A stretch of DNA of 42,236 bases from Bacteroidales bacterium (GTDB lineage Bacteria > Bacteroidota > Bacteroidia > Bacteroidales > UBA932): positions 1 to 42,236 of the forward strand of contig JAGCWB010000108.1 in the NCBI GenBank assembly GCA_017962065.1. The letters are read 5' to 3'. Positions 9,255-18,958 of the stretch are shown here, one piece after another. The notes beneath the pieces were generated by a model. It made no database searches, was not told the DNA's origin, and was given only the letters and a program-made list of their open reading frames with translations. Within the stretch, counting starts at the first letter, position 1; each line of letters opens with the position of its first letter. The translations under genes were made by a program, and so were the position numbers.

Positions 9255-10965
9255 ACGCAATTATGTGATTGTTTACACTCAGATTTCCGTTTTGATCCCG
9301 CTGGATGCGGCTGCCCGCAGGCAGTTCCACCACTACGGCGGAAGCATCGGCAGGCAGGGTGATGGACGCACTATCCTTCACGCCTTTGGCCAGGTAGGAA
9401 CGGGATACGATGTCGAAAAGGTCCTTTCGGCCGCCTTTCACCGTGTAGGTGACGGAAGTGGCGTCGAAGGGATTGTACAGCAGATATACCGGGAATGGAT
9501 TGTCTGCATAGAAGTCTGTCGCGTTGCAGTTGAGACGGAGGATACCCTCTACGTCAGTGGTCTCCACAATAGCGCCGAAAATACCTACTGCACCTGTACT
9601 ATACAGGCTGAACATGCTCTCCTTCGGGTTTTTGTCGGTCCAGCGGGGACCGTCGCCCAGGGCGATGGGATGCAGGCCCTTGTGCGCCTCCACGTCGTAA
9701 AGATTATCCTCGTAACGGAGGCCTTCGTAAGCGACGATGGAGTTGGTGTAGTCCTGCATGCCCGGCAGACACTGGAGTGAATCCGGCAGCTGGTCCGGGA
9801 AGAACAGGCGGCAGTTGTTCACATTGTTGAGCATCCAGCGTCCGATGCTGCGGGCGTACTGCGGCTCGTATTTTACCAGCGGAACAAACGGCCAGGCTAC
9901 GTCGATGGAATTCATCAGGAAGGCGAAGCCTCCACCGTCGATGAGGCTGCCCTGCAGGCCGCTGATTTCATAATCGCCCCACTTTCCGGCGGTAATTCCC
10001 CAGCCGGTGCGTCCGTCGGAAGCCGTGCAACCGTCGAACACCCAATCCAGCATTTTAGCAGTGTCAAAGTGACAGTCCTGCTCCGCATTCAGGCGAGCGG
10101 CGGTGTAAATACCCATCGGCAGGAGAATCTCATAGAAACGACTTTCTGTCTGGCCATCCAGGGCTTTCATGGCCGATATGGCCCGCTGCAGGTAGCGCTC
10201 GTCACCATATTTCTGATAGGCGCTATACAGGACCCAGGCGTGGCCGCCGGCGGCGTCCTGCTGCTTGGGAATCCAGTTGTTGCAGCCTTTCATCTGCGCG
10301 TAATCGAAGTAGGTGAAGTCGTAGTTGCCGTCCAGCACCTCGTCTGCGGCGGCGAACTGCTCCGCCACGGTGTGAAGGATTTGGTCGGCGCCCTCGACCC
10401 CGGGAAAGACCTCGCTCACAGCGTAGAAGAGGATGTTGGGATACACGTCGTACCACCAGTCGCGACCGTAACCGCCACCCAGGAGGGCCACCTCCGGACA
10501 GGTGTTGTTCATGACAATATTCCAGCCGTTGTCGCTATTGAAGTAGTTCTGCGACATCTTCACAAAGTTGAAGCCGTTCTGCTTGGTTTTGTCAATGCCG
10601 TTGAGGCCCGCGCCCAGCAGGGTGTGAAGGATGTTCAAACTCTCGTGAAACTCGCCGTTGTTATTCTGAGGCCCCTGTCGGCTGTCTTTCATAGCCGTAT
10701 ACAGGCCAAAGGTTACCTGGTCCATGTTGCGGCGGGCACTGTCCAGCCAGATGACCGGGCCGGCGGGGAGGGTGCTGTTGAAGTCAAAGGCATAGGCGTC
10801 AAAGTCCAGGGCCTTCTGTTTCCAGTCCAGGATTTTGTACGGCTGCGGGAAAGCGGCCATTTTCTCAACGCGCGAAATACTGTGCTGCACAACCGGCTCC
10901 CCATAGTAGGTTGCCGTGCAGGAAAGGGCGGCAAGGCCCAGGATTGCAAAACCTAAACGTTTCAT
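9238..10965 (-). CDS. Uncharacterised PUL lipoprotein A (575 aa), putative (alpha/alpha)6-like glycoside hydrolase
   Basis: Lipobox LAALSC. Collinear paralog of 1893..3596. Overlaps the MFS stop and the susC start. Confidence 0.8.
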   Translation of the reverse strand: MKRLGFAILGLAALSCTATYYGEPVVQHSISRVEKMAAFPQPYKILDWKQKALDFDAYAFDFNSTLPAGPVIWLDSARRNMDQVTFGLYTAMKDSRQGPQNNNGEFHESLNILHTLLGAGLNGIDKTKQNGFNFVKMSQNYFNSDNGWNIVMNNTCPEVALLGGGYGRDWWYDVYPNILFYAVSEVFPGVEGADQILHTVAEQFAAADEVLDGNYDFTYFDYAQMKGCNNWIPKQQDAAGGHAWVLYSAYQKYGDERYLQRAISAMKALDGQTESRFYEILLPMGIYTAARLNAEQDCHFDTAKMLDWVFDGCTASDGRTGWGITAGKWGDYEISGLQGSLIDGGGFAFLMNSIDVAWPFVPLVKYEPQYARSIGRWMLNNVNNCRLFFPDQLPDSLQCLPGMQDYTNSIVAYEGLRYEDNLYDVEAHKGLHPIALGDGPRWTDKNPKESMFSLYSTGAVGIFGAIVETTDVEGILRLNCNATDFYADNPFPVYLLYNPFDATSVTYTVKGGRKDLFDIVSRSYLAKGVKDSASITLPADASAVVVELPAGSRIQRDQNGNLSVNNHIIAYEKAN

Positions 10966-12203
10966 TTTCCGTCAATTTCTTTGATGATGTTCTGGGCAAG
11001 GGGCAGGGACAGCAGTTGCAGGCCACCCACGATGGGAAGAGCGAAACGAAGGGCGATGTCCTCCGAGAACGCGCTGGCCAGTACAATGAACAGCACCATG
11101 CCAAAGGCGCGGCCGAAGAACAGGCCCACCTCGTGGCTCATGATATAGGCATACTCGTCACGGCCCTCAATTTTAGATACCGCATCGATGGTCTTCATCA
11201 TGGTAGGGAGGTAAGCCAGGTCGTGCAGGGGCTGGAACATCACCTTGCAAAGAATGAAGATGATGACACCGATCGCTGAGAAGATAATGCCGCTGCAAAG
11301 GGTTCCCGCGAAGAAGACAATAAGGCCGAAGCCGAAGATTTTCATTCGGTCTTCCGGTCTGGACACACGGCCCAACACATAGACCAGGATAGCCGTAAGG
11401 GCGCCGCCGATGCCCTGGATAAGTCCCAGGGAGCCTTCGCCGCCGATGAATTTCATGATAAGAATGGCGGGAGCGGTTACCAGGAAGCCCTGCACCATGC
11501 CCTTGAGGCCGGCCAGGGTAAGGAGCTTGTTCCACAAACGGTGGAATTTGAAATAGAAGAAGTTCTTGCTCTCCGGCGAACGGAAGGTACCGCGGGAAAG
11601 GACCAGACAGGCGGCGATGGCAATCAAAAGCGCCATCACGGTGATTACCTTATAGCCGGTATTCACGGAGAATACCATCCCCAGAATGGTTTTTCCGTCA
11701 ACCAGGGCCAGGAATCCGCCCACCAGGATGGGAATCACAATATTCCACAACGAGAAGAAGAACGACTCAAAGCCAAAGAAATAGTTGCGGTTGTTGTCAT
11801 CGGTGGCATACAGTGTGAGCAAGTAGCGGTTGGTCCAGAAGAAACCGGTGGACAGGCCGATGAGAAAACCGGTAGCGCAAAGCATGGGCAGGGTCACCGT
11901 GCGGATGAACATCATCACCATCAGTGAAACCGCCGAAATGAGGATGCCAAACGTGTACAGCTGGTTGGACTTGAAATACCGCAGCAGCAGGCCATTCACC
12001 AGGGCCGACAGCACGATGCCTACATACATGCTCAGCTGATAAATAACCACCCAGGAAGGACTGCCGGTATTGCGCATGATATAGGCTCCGGCAAAGATTT
12101 CGATGAGCGGGAGCACCATCGCAAAGAGCAGGTTGGTGACCAGCAGGGTGCGGATAGTTTTGGACTGCGTCTTAAAGTACGCAAATTCGCCAAGTGCTTT
12201 CAT
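10962..12203 (-). CDS. MFS transporter (oligosaccharide importer)
   Basis: 413 aa with about 12 hydrophobic segments; immediately follows the GH130 stop. Confidence 0.85.
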   Translation of the reverse strand: MKALGEFAYFKTQSKTIRTLLVTNLLFAMVLPLIEIFAGAYIMRNTGSPSWVVIYQLSMYVGIVLSALVNGLLLRYFKSNQLYTFGILISAVSLMVMMFIRTVTLPMLCATGFLIGLSTGFFWTNRYLLTLYATDDNNRNYFFGFESFFFSLWNIVIPILVGGFLALVDGKTILGMVFSVNTGYKVITVMALLIAIAACLVLSRGTFRSPESKNFFYFKFHRLWNKLLTLAGLKGMVQGFLVTAPAILIMKFIGGEGSLGLIQGIGGALTAILVYVLGRVSRPEDRMKIFGFGLIVFFAGTLCSGIIFSAIGVIIFILCKVMFQPLHDLAYLPTMMKTIDAVSKIEGRDEYAYIMSHEVGLFFGRAFGMVLFIVLASAFSEDIALRFALPIVGGLQLLSLPLAQNIIKEIDGK

Positions 12204-13253
12204 TTATACGTTCAGGGATTTGAGAATTTCACGGATAGAGAACTCGGCACTGCAGATAACCTCGTCGGAGGCGCCATAGAAGATGCGCACGGTGTCTTCA
12301 TCAATCTTGTAACCGCCGTTGGTGAAAACCACATTCCCGAAGAAGCCGGTTTTTTCGTACGGGGCGACAGGCTCCATGATAGGCTCCTCGCTACGGGCGA
12401 GTACCTTGGTAGGATCATTCAGGTCCAGCAGGAGGGCACCCAGGCAGTAACGGTTTTCCTTGTTGGCGCCATGATAAATCTCCAGCCAGCCCTTCTCTGT
12501 ACGGATAGGAGCGGCGCCGGCGCCTACACGCTCGCTGTCCCACATGCCGGGACGGGTGGTGGCAATGCACTTGTGACGCCCCCAGTGGATGCGGTCGGGC
12601 GATTCCGCCACCCAGATATAGTTGCCGCCCAGTTCCGGGCTGCTGGGACGATGAAAAGCGTACCACATATCCCCAACCTTCTCTTCAAAGAGGGCGCAGT
12701 CCTTATTGTGCGGCGGGAAAATCATGCCTTCACGCTCCAACGCCCTGAAGTCACGGGTGTGGATGAGACCTACGCCTACAGCCACGGGAGAAACCTCCGT
12801 GAAGGTGAGCCAGAAACCGTCTTCCATGGTGGCCACGCGGCAGTCTTCAATACCAAAGGACTCCTGAAATCCTTCACCGAAAATGGGTTTCAGGGCCGGG
12901 TCCTCCACAAAGTGAACGTCGTCCAGGGAGCAAACCGGACGAAGGTAGGACAGCGTCGTAAGGTAGTTCTGTCCCTTGTATTTTATTACGCGCGGATCGG
13001 TAGCATCCAGCGCGGGGTCGTCTTTGGAAAAGCGAAGCACCTCAATCTCTCCTTTTTCATTATATACAGGGAAACTAATGATGCCTTCTTCCTGGATGGG
13101 ACGCTCGGCTACGCGGAGCAGCAGCCAGGTTTTACCATTCAGGCGGAACACGCCGGGGTTGAGCAGGCAGGTAATCTCCATGCCGGGAATGCAGGGAGTG
13201 AGGTCCGAAGGACGCAAAATAGGATTGGCAGGGTTGCGTTTTGCGATATCCAT
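12204..13253 (-). CDS. GH130 beta-mannoside phosphorylase, beta-1,2-mannobiose phosphorylase-like
   Basis: Start at MDIAKR (ATG 13253), no signal peptide. Motifs NPG, LLLRVAE, DPR, YLTTLSYLR, GIEDCRV (catalytic Asp), HNKD, FHRP, YHGA, FFGNVVF, FYGASD. The motif order recalls Listeria Lin0857. Confidence 0.88.
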   Translation of the reverse strand: MDIAKRNPANPILRPSDLTPCIPGMEITCLLNPGVFRLNGKTWLLLRVAERPIQEEGIISFPVYNEKGEIEVLRFSKDDPALDATDPRVIKYKGQNYLTTLSYLRPVCSLDDVHFVEDPALKPIFGEGFQESFGIEDCRVATMEDGFWLTFTEVSPVAVGVGLIHTRDFRALEREGMIFPPHNKDCALFEEKVGDMWYAFHRPSSPELGGNYIWVAESPDRIHWGRHKCIATTRPGMWDSERVGAGAAPIRTEKGWLEIYHGANKENRYCLGALLLDLNDPTKVLARSEEPIMEPVAPYEKTGFFGNVVFTNGGYKIDEDTVRIFYGASDEVICSAEFSIREILKSLNV

Positions 13254-13277
13254 GGCTATTCGTTTTAATGTCTGCCG

Positions 13278-13345
13278 CAAAATTAGCCTGCAAAACAGCG
13301 TAGGGAAGTAAACTATTTTAACATTTTGGTACACTTATTTGACAT
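13278..13345 (-). promoter_or_regulatory. PUL-1 promoter with candidate HTCS binding site
   Basis: Minus-strand TAATTTTG at 13278-13285. Direct repeat GTAAACTATTTTAACAT (13308-13324) / GTACACTTATTTGACAT (13329-13345), 13/17 identical, 21-bp period. Confidence 0.6.
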
Positions 13346-13383
13346 CGTGCGTTTTTTTGTTTACCTTGCGGAAAAATGGTAAA

Positions 13384-16300
13384 ATGCATAAAAAACTTAT
13401 TATATGCGTGTTACTGGGGGCGTACACTTTTTTTACACCCCTCAGAGCACAGGAATACCGCATCCGGAACATCACCAATACGGACGGGCTAAGCAACAGT
13501 TCCGTTAACATGGTGTTCCAAGACCGCAGCGGACTCCTCTGGTTTGGCACTTGGGACGGTCTTAACAGCTACAACGGACAGGACTTTCATGTTTATCTCC
13601 CCGCCCCTGGGGACAGCACCTCCCTTGACAACAATGTCATCCGACAAATGGCACAGTCGGCGGATGGGACACTGTGGATTGCCACGGACCGCGGCGTGAA
13701 CAGTTTTTCTGCCCAAGAGGGGCTTTTCCGGCGCTATTTCTCCGGTTCCATGCACGGGACGGCCGTTTCTGAATTCAGCTTTCACCTGCTTACTTCTCCG
13801 GATGGAGAGATTGGCTGTGTCGTGAGCGGACATGGCGTGTTCCGCTATCATGCAAACGGCAGTTTCACGCGCACGGCACCGCCACCGGGCCGGCGCGTGC
13901 TGCAAGCCGTCATGGACAAAGCCCGTCGCGTATGGGTGCTCTCCGACGAGGGGAACCTATACTGCAACGGTATTGTCCGGGAGACCGGTATCCGCTTTTT
14001 CTTTTACGATACCGAAAAAGACCACTTCTGGGTACAGGATGACCGTACCTATCACTTACTGGGAACCAAGACTGCCAAGAGCTGGAATATCGGCCCCATC
14101 CGGGCTGCCGCTACAGATGGCACATACCAATACCTGGGAACCGGAGAGGGGCTTTACCGGTATGCGCCTCTGGACGGCAGCCTCACCCTCATTCTGCCGG
14201 ACGTCCCCGTCTTGTCGGTCTGCTGCGGCAGCCAGCGGATTATCTGGGTGGGGTCCGACATGCAGGGCATCTGGCAGTTGTCTCCGCGCCCCTTTGACTT
14301 TGGCGCTGTCAGCAGCCTGTTCGGCGCCAGCGCCGTACGGTGCTTTTCCCGCTCCGCAAACGGAGATTTGGCGGTGGGCACCAAGGGAGCAGGCATTTTT
14401 ATCTTGACGCGGGAGCGTACGGCAAAGCACATCACCACGGAACAAGGCCTCCTGCACAACAACGTGTACTGCCTGGAGGACGACGGAGAGGCGGTCTGGA
14501 TAGGAACGGACGGCAACGGCCTCAATTATTGGGAAAAAGGGTCCCGCAAAATGCAAGCACTGCAATTTCCTGATTCCCTGATACTTTCGTCGGTATACGC
14601 CCTCCTTCCGGAAGGAAAAGATTCCCTGTGGGTGGGCACCAGCGGAAACGGCTTGTTTCGGCTCCTTCTTAACCGAAATGTACGGCCTTATCAAGTAAAG
14701 GGCTTTACTCATTATCCTCACCTTCAGTTGGGCAGTGACGTGGTATACAGCCTGCTTCCTACCTGGAATGGACATCTTTTTGTAGGCACCCGCGGTGGTG
14801 GCCTGCGAATTGTGGACAAGCATACGGGCCAGGTGTTCCCGGCACGGCCGGAACTCCCGGATGACATCCTGTGCTTAAGGCGAGCGTCGGACGGTGCGCT
14901 CCTGGCAGGAACCAGCAGCGGCCTGTTCCGTTTTGGAGACAGTTGGGAGGAGATTTCCCGCTATTCCCGTGAGAACGGACTGCCCAGCAACACCATCCAC
15001 GGTATCCTGGAGGATGCCCGGGGACACATCTGGGCCAGCACCAACAATGGCCTGGCCCGTATAGACCTTGCCAGCGGGCAGGTAACGACGTACCAGGCCG
15101 AGGATGGTCTGCAGGACAACGAATTTTCCGACGGCGCCTTTTACGAATCCGACGGAGACTTCTTCTTTGGCGGCATCCGGGGCTTCAACTGGTTCGACCC
15201 CCTCACCGTGGCACCGGCCACCTTCATGCCTTCTCCCCTGTTGGATGAGATCCGTATCGACAATGAGACGGCGCATCTCCGGCAGGAAACACTGGTACTG
15301 AACCCGCATGTCCGGCAACTGAGCTTCCGTTTTGCTCCACTGGACTACCTTTGGGCCAAACGTTGTTGGATCTCTTATAGCCTGGACGGCTTCACACCGG
15401 ACTGGGTGAATATCCAGGATTCACGTACCATTTCCTTCTCCAATCTGCCCCCCGGCGAGTACACCTTGCGCGTACGATGCTCCAACGGAGACCGTATTTG
15501 GTCGGACGAAATGTACGTCCTGCCCATTCGAAAAATGCCGGAATGGTGGGAGACCCCCTTTGCCCGCGTGATGTACGTGCTGCTGGGGCTCTTGATTATC
15601 GGCCTTTTGGTCCGACAAGCCCAATACCGATTCCAAGTGGAAGCAGAGAAATCCAAGACGGAGGCGGTGCACGAAGCCAAGCTGGATTTCTTTACCAACA
15701 TTGCCCATGAGTTCTCCAACTCGCTCACGCTCATCTACGGGCCCTGCGAAGAACTCATGCAGAGCGGGCGCATGGACGGCAAGGAGCGGCAGTACCTGGA
15801 AAGCATCGAGACCAACTCCAACCGGATGCGCACCCTCATCCAGCAACTCATCAGCTTCCGGAAGGCGGAAACCGGCCACCTGAGCATCCAGATCGGGGAG
15901 GTGGACCTGCTGGCCCTCACCGCCCAGGAGCGCAGTTATTTCCAGGATGAAATGGTCCGTCGGGGCATTCACTTTCAGCTGGATGCTCCGGAAGACGGAC
16001 TCATCTGGACCGCGGACGGCGACTCCATGGAAAAACTCCTGTTTAACATTCTTTCCAATGCCGTCAAATACACGCCGGACGGCGAACGAATAACGGTAAG
16101 CCTGATCCCCGATGACCACTGGCTGGACATAAAGGTGACCAATACCGGCGTTGGCATTGCCGAAGAACAGCGCCTGAAAATCTTTGACCGGTACGAGGTG
16201 CTGAACCGGTTCGAGCGTGCCCTGTCCAAAGGCCGGACCTCCAGCGGAATCGGACTTGCGCTTTGCAAGAGCCTGGTGGAACTGCACAACGGCAGCATTG

Positions 16301-17226
16301 AGATTCTGAGCGACGGACAAAACTTTACTTGCTTCCATGTCCGCCTGCCCAGGCTGGAAGTGAAAGAGACAGGAGCACCGTACACTGGGAAAGGCACCCT
16401 GGCGCCCATAATATCGGAGCACCCAAAACCCGCGGAAGAAGCACCTGTATCCACCTATAAACAGGATGTTGTCCTGGTGGTGGACGACGACGCATCCATC
16501 CGAAACTTCATTTCCGGAATCCTTTCTCCCCGGTTCAGCGTACTGGAAGCGGCCAGCGGTGAGGATGCACTGGAACGGATGAGTCAGACTGAACCACGCA
16601 TAATCATTTCCGACCTCAAAATGCCTGGCATGGACGGTGCCATGCTTCTGAAAACCCTACGGGAAAACCCGAAGACCCGGCACATTCCCTTCATCCTCCT
16701 GTCCGGCCAAGGAACGGCCGACACTCCGTTCGAGGCCCTGGAAACCGGTGCCGATGCCTATCTGGAAAAACCCTTCCACCCCCGTCACCTTTTGGCGCGC
16801 ATCGACCGCCTGCTGGGCCGCGATGCCGAAGTCATCGCTTATAGTCAGTCCGGACGCTCGTCGGTAGAGCAATTTGCCGGTCGCGAAATGAAAAAATCTG
16901 ACCGTCAACTACTTGCCGCGGTCAGCGAGGTCATTGTGGAAAACTTGGCCAGCGATTCCCTCTCCCCCGACAGCATTGCCGACGCCGTATCCATCAGCCG
17001 GATGCAACTGTACCGGAAACTGAAAGAACTCACCGGCATGACGCCTACCGGATTCATCCGTCAAATGCGTCTGGAGCGTGCCGCGCACCTGCTGAAATCC
17101 AGCAACAAGACCGTGCAGGAAATCATGTTCGCCTGTGGCTTTAGCACCAAAACCTACTTCTACCGGGAATTCTCTAAACAGTTTGGCGTAACCCCGGGCG
17201 AATACCGAGGCTCAGAGAAAGCTTAG
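13384..17226 (+). CDS. Hybrid two-component system (beta-propeller sensor, Y_Y_Y, HisKA, HATPase, receiver, AraC HTH)
   Basis: [12 protein letters not shown] repeats, [14 protein letters not shown] helix, [30 protein letters not shown]...[11 protein letters not shown]-terminal [18 protein letters not shown]. Start at ATG 13384. Confidence 0.95.
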   Translation: MHKKLIICVLLGAYTFFTPLRAQEYRIRNITNTDGLSNSSVNMVFQDRSGLLWFGTWDGLNSYNGQDFHVYLPAPGDSTSLDNNVIRQMAQSADGTLWIATDRGVNSFSAQEGLFRRYFSGSMHGTAVSEFSFHLLTSPDGEIGCVVSGHGVFRYHANGSFTRTAPPPGRRVLQAVMDKARRVWVLSDEGNLYCNGIVRETGIRFFFYDTEKDHFWVQDDRTYHLLGTKTAKSWNIGPIRAAATDGTYQYLGTGEGLYRYAPLDGSLTLILPDVPVLSVCCGSQRIIWVGSDMQGIWQLSPRPFDFGAVSSLFGASAVRCFSRSANGDLAVGTKGAGIFILTRERTAKHITTEQGLLHNNVYCLEDDGEAVWIGTDGNGLNYWEKGSRKMQALQFPDSLILSSVYALLPEGKDSLWVGTSGNGLFRLLLNRNVRPYQVKGFTHYPHLQLGSDVVYSLLPTWNGHLFVGTRGGGLRIVDKHTGQVFPARPELPDDILCLRRASDGALLAGTSSGLFRFGDSWEEISRYSRENGLPSNTIHGILEDARGHIWASTNNGLARIDLASGQVTTYQAEDGLQDNEFSDGAFYESDGDFFFGGIRGFNWFDPLTVAPATFMPSPLLDEIRIDNETAHLRQETLVLNPHVRQLSFRFAPLDYLWAKRCWISYSLDGFTPDWVNIQDSRTISFSNLPPGEYTLRVRCSNGDRIWSDEMYVLPIRKMPEWWETPFARVMYVLLGLLIIGLLVRQAQYRFQVEAEKSKTEAVHEAKLDFFTNIAHEFSNSLTLIYGPCEELMQSGRMDGKERQYLESIETNSNRMRTLIQQLISFRKAETGHLSIQIGEVDLLALTAQERSYFQDEMVRRGIHFQLDAPEDGLIWTADGDSMEKLLFNILSNAVKYTPDGERITVSLIPDDHWLDIKVTNTGVGIAEEQRLKIFDRYEVLNRFERALSKGRTSSGIGLALCKSLVELHNGSIEILSDGQNFTCFHVRLPRLEVKETGAPYTGKGTLAPIISEHPKPAEEAPVSTYKQDVVLVVDDDASIRNFISGILSPRFSVLEAASGEDALERMSQTEPRIIISDLKMPGMDGAMLLKTLRENPKTRHIPFILLSGQGTADTPFEALETGADAYLEKPFHPRHLLARIDRLLGRDAEVIAYSQSGRSSVEQFAGREMKKSDRQLLAAVSEVIVENLASDSLSPDSIADAVSISRMQLYRKLKELTGMTPTGFIRQMRLERAAHLLKSSNKTVQEIMFACGFSTKTYFYREFSKQFGVTPGEYRGSEKA

Positions 17227-17414
17227 TCCTCCTGAAATTCCAGGCCCAGCTCCGCCGCATATTCAATCTGGAAGGGACTGCCGCCAAAGAGCTGGCACGC
17301 AGCGCCCGACGCCATGGCACAGGCCACGCCGACCTCTCCCTGGCACCCCACCTCCGCACCGGAAATGGACGCATTGTGCTTGACCACATTGCCGATAAGG
17401 CCTGCCGTGAGAAA
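17223..17414 (-). pseudogene. sdaA: Internal fragment of an Fe-S L-serine dehydratase
   Basis: Hand translation of the minus strand: [63 protein letters not shown]. Contains the [14 protein letters not shown] signature; the rest of the gene is absent. Confidence 0.85.
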
Positions 17415-17610
17415 TCGGGCCGATGGTTTGGAAGAGCCCCGGAAGGATCTGGGCCGATAGCGTTCTTAGTCTATGAAGACAGCAAGGTCGTGGAGCGGCA
17501 CATTGTTGGTAAATAGCTTTATTCCATTTCGGAATGATATCAGAAACAATTGGTTTCATATTCCTAATACCGACTTAGAAAGACACTAACTGACAGAAAT
17601 GTTTCACTTA

Positions 17611-17685
17611 TTGGGGAGAGAGACTCCCCAAACCCCTCCCGTCGGCCTAAAGGCCTCCATACCTTCCGCACGGCGATGCTTTTTT
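17611..17685. repeat. Structured intergenic element (tandem hairpins plus T-run)
   Basis: TTGGGGAG-agaga-CTCCCCAA, then GGCCT-aa-AGGCC nested within CCGTCGG...CCGCACGG, followed by TTTTTT. Confidence 0.45.
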
Positions 17686-17695
17686 GGTGCACTTA

Positions 17696-18856
17696 TTACC
17701 GTACTGCCACGGCCTTGATGTGCTCCACGGGGGCTTCCATTATGTTCCAGGAGAGGACGGCGCCGTCAAAGTGGTGGTCAAGGACGGCTTGGACGGATTC
17801 GCGGACGTATTCCGGGGATGTGGGTACTATGCCTTCGCGGTAATTGATTTCGATTCCGGGGAACTTGTCGCAGGGATACGGCGCCATGGCGTCAAGCTGG
17901 GAATTCAGAAAATCTACATCCATTCCAAAGGATGGATAGCCGAAGGCGCCGGGTATGGAAGAGCGCAGTAAACCGTACTCAAACCCCATTCCGGCCGGGG
18001 CAAAGGTGCAACGGTAAAGCATAGGCTTTATGAAGTCGGCGTGCTGGGCCAGCACGCTGTAGTCCTGTCCCACGAACGGGGCCATAAACGGTGCGTACAA
18101 GTCCATTCCGACGCGGAGCCCGCGGGCGCGGAGACTATCGGCCACAGCGGCAACAGAACCGCTCACAATGCGTCCTTTTGCTTCAAAAAACTTGGCTGCA
18201 AGAGGATTTGCAAAGCGGAATCCGTCTTCCGGAGTATAGCCGGTAACGGAGAGGAAAACATCGCCCATATCCTCCCAGGCGGCCCGTACATCGGCAAGGG
18301 AAACGCCTTCTTCTTTAAAGCGCTCTTCGCAGATGGGGCAGCCGCAATTGAGCACGCCGCCAATTCCGCAAACAAAAGACTGCGTGCGAATGCGGTCCAG
18401 AAATACGCCGTCAAAGCCGCAATCGGCAAAAAGACTGTCGTACAGGGCTATGACATTGCCGATATTGTCCGGATTGGACGGGCAGTTGAAGCGGAATCCT
18501 TCGTCCTCCGTAAGGCTGTAGCTGCCGGGCAATCGGCCCCAAAGATCAACGGCGGGGGTATTGTCGCACACATCTTCAGTCTCGGCAAAAACCGGCATCC
18601 AAAGAAGCATCCCAATGCCCTTCCCGTGCAGGTAGTTGCCCACTTCCCTGTAAATATCGGCATCGGCCGTCCAGCCTATAATAACGTCCTTCAGCGGAAT
18701 AATCCGGGATACGCTGTCCAATCGGCCGATAATCTCATCGGCGGTATAATCGGCCTTGTCCCAGCCGCCCAGCGACACCTGGATGATATACTTTTGGGAT
18801 TTAGCGCAGCCCATAAAAAGGGCCGATAACAGCAGTAGCAGAAGAATTTTTTTCAT
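17696..18856 (-). CDS. Hypothetical lipoprotein, glycoside-hydrolase-like TIM barrel
   Basis: Lipobox LFMGC; motifs FNCPSNP, FDGVFLDRIR, CGCPIC, DFIKPMLY. Confidence 0.75.
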   Translation of the reverse strand: MKKILLLLLLSALFMGCAKSQKYIIQVSLGGWDKADYTADEIIGRLDSVSRIIPLKDVIIGWTADADIYREVGNYLHGKGIGMLLWMPVFAETEDVCDNTPAVDLWGRLPGSYSLTEDEGFRFNCPSNPDNIGNVIALYDSLFADCGFDGVFLDRIRTQSFVCGIGGVLNCGCPICEERFKEEGVSLADVRAAWEDMGDVFLSVTGYTPEDGFRFANPLAAKFFEAKGRIVSGSVAAVADSLRARGLRVGMDLYAPFMAPFVGQDYSVLAQHADFIKPMLYRCTFAPAGMGFEYGLLRSSIPGAFGYPSFGMDVDFLNSQLDAMAPYPCDKFPGIEINYREGIVPTSPEYVRESVQAVLDHHFDGAVLSWNIMEAPVEHIKAVAVR

Positions 18857-18958
18857 AGCATCCCAAAGTTAGCGCGTCTTTCCTGAAAAAGCAAGCACTT
18901 AGCATAAGGCAGCTGGCCCATATTTGTAATTCCAACTATAATTCTGTAATTTAGCCGT

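Noticed and set aside
17263-17559. 98-aa ORF MKPIVSDIIPKWNK...
   Set aside because: Its 3' half overlaps the sdaA remnant in another frame and it has no recognisable motif.
1759-17690. PUL-1 as an integrative element at tRNA-Leu
   Set aside because: No integrase and no convincing duplicate of the tRNA 3' end at the right border; only a 7-nt TCTGGGC match near 17448.
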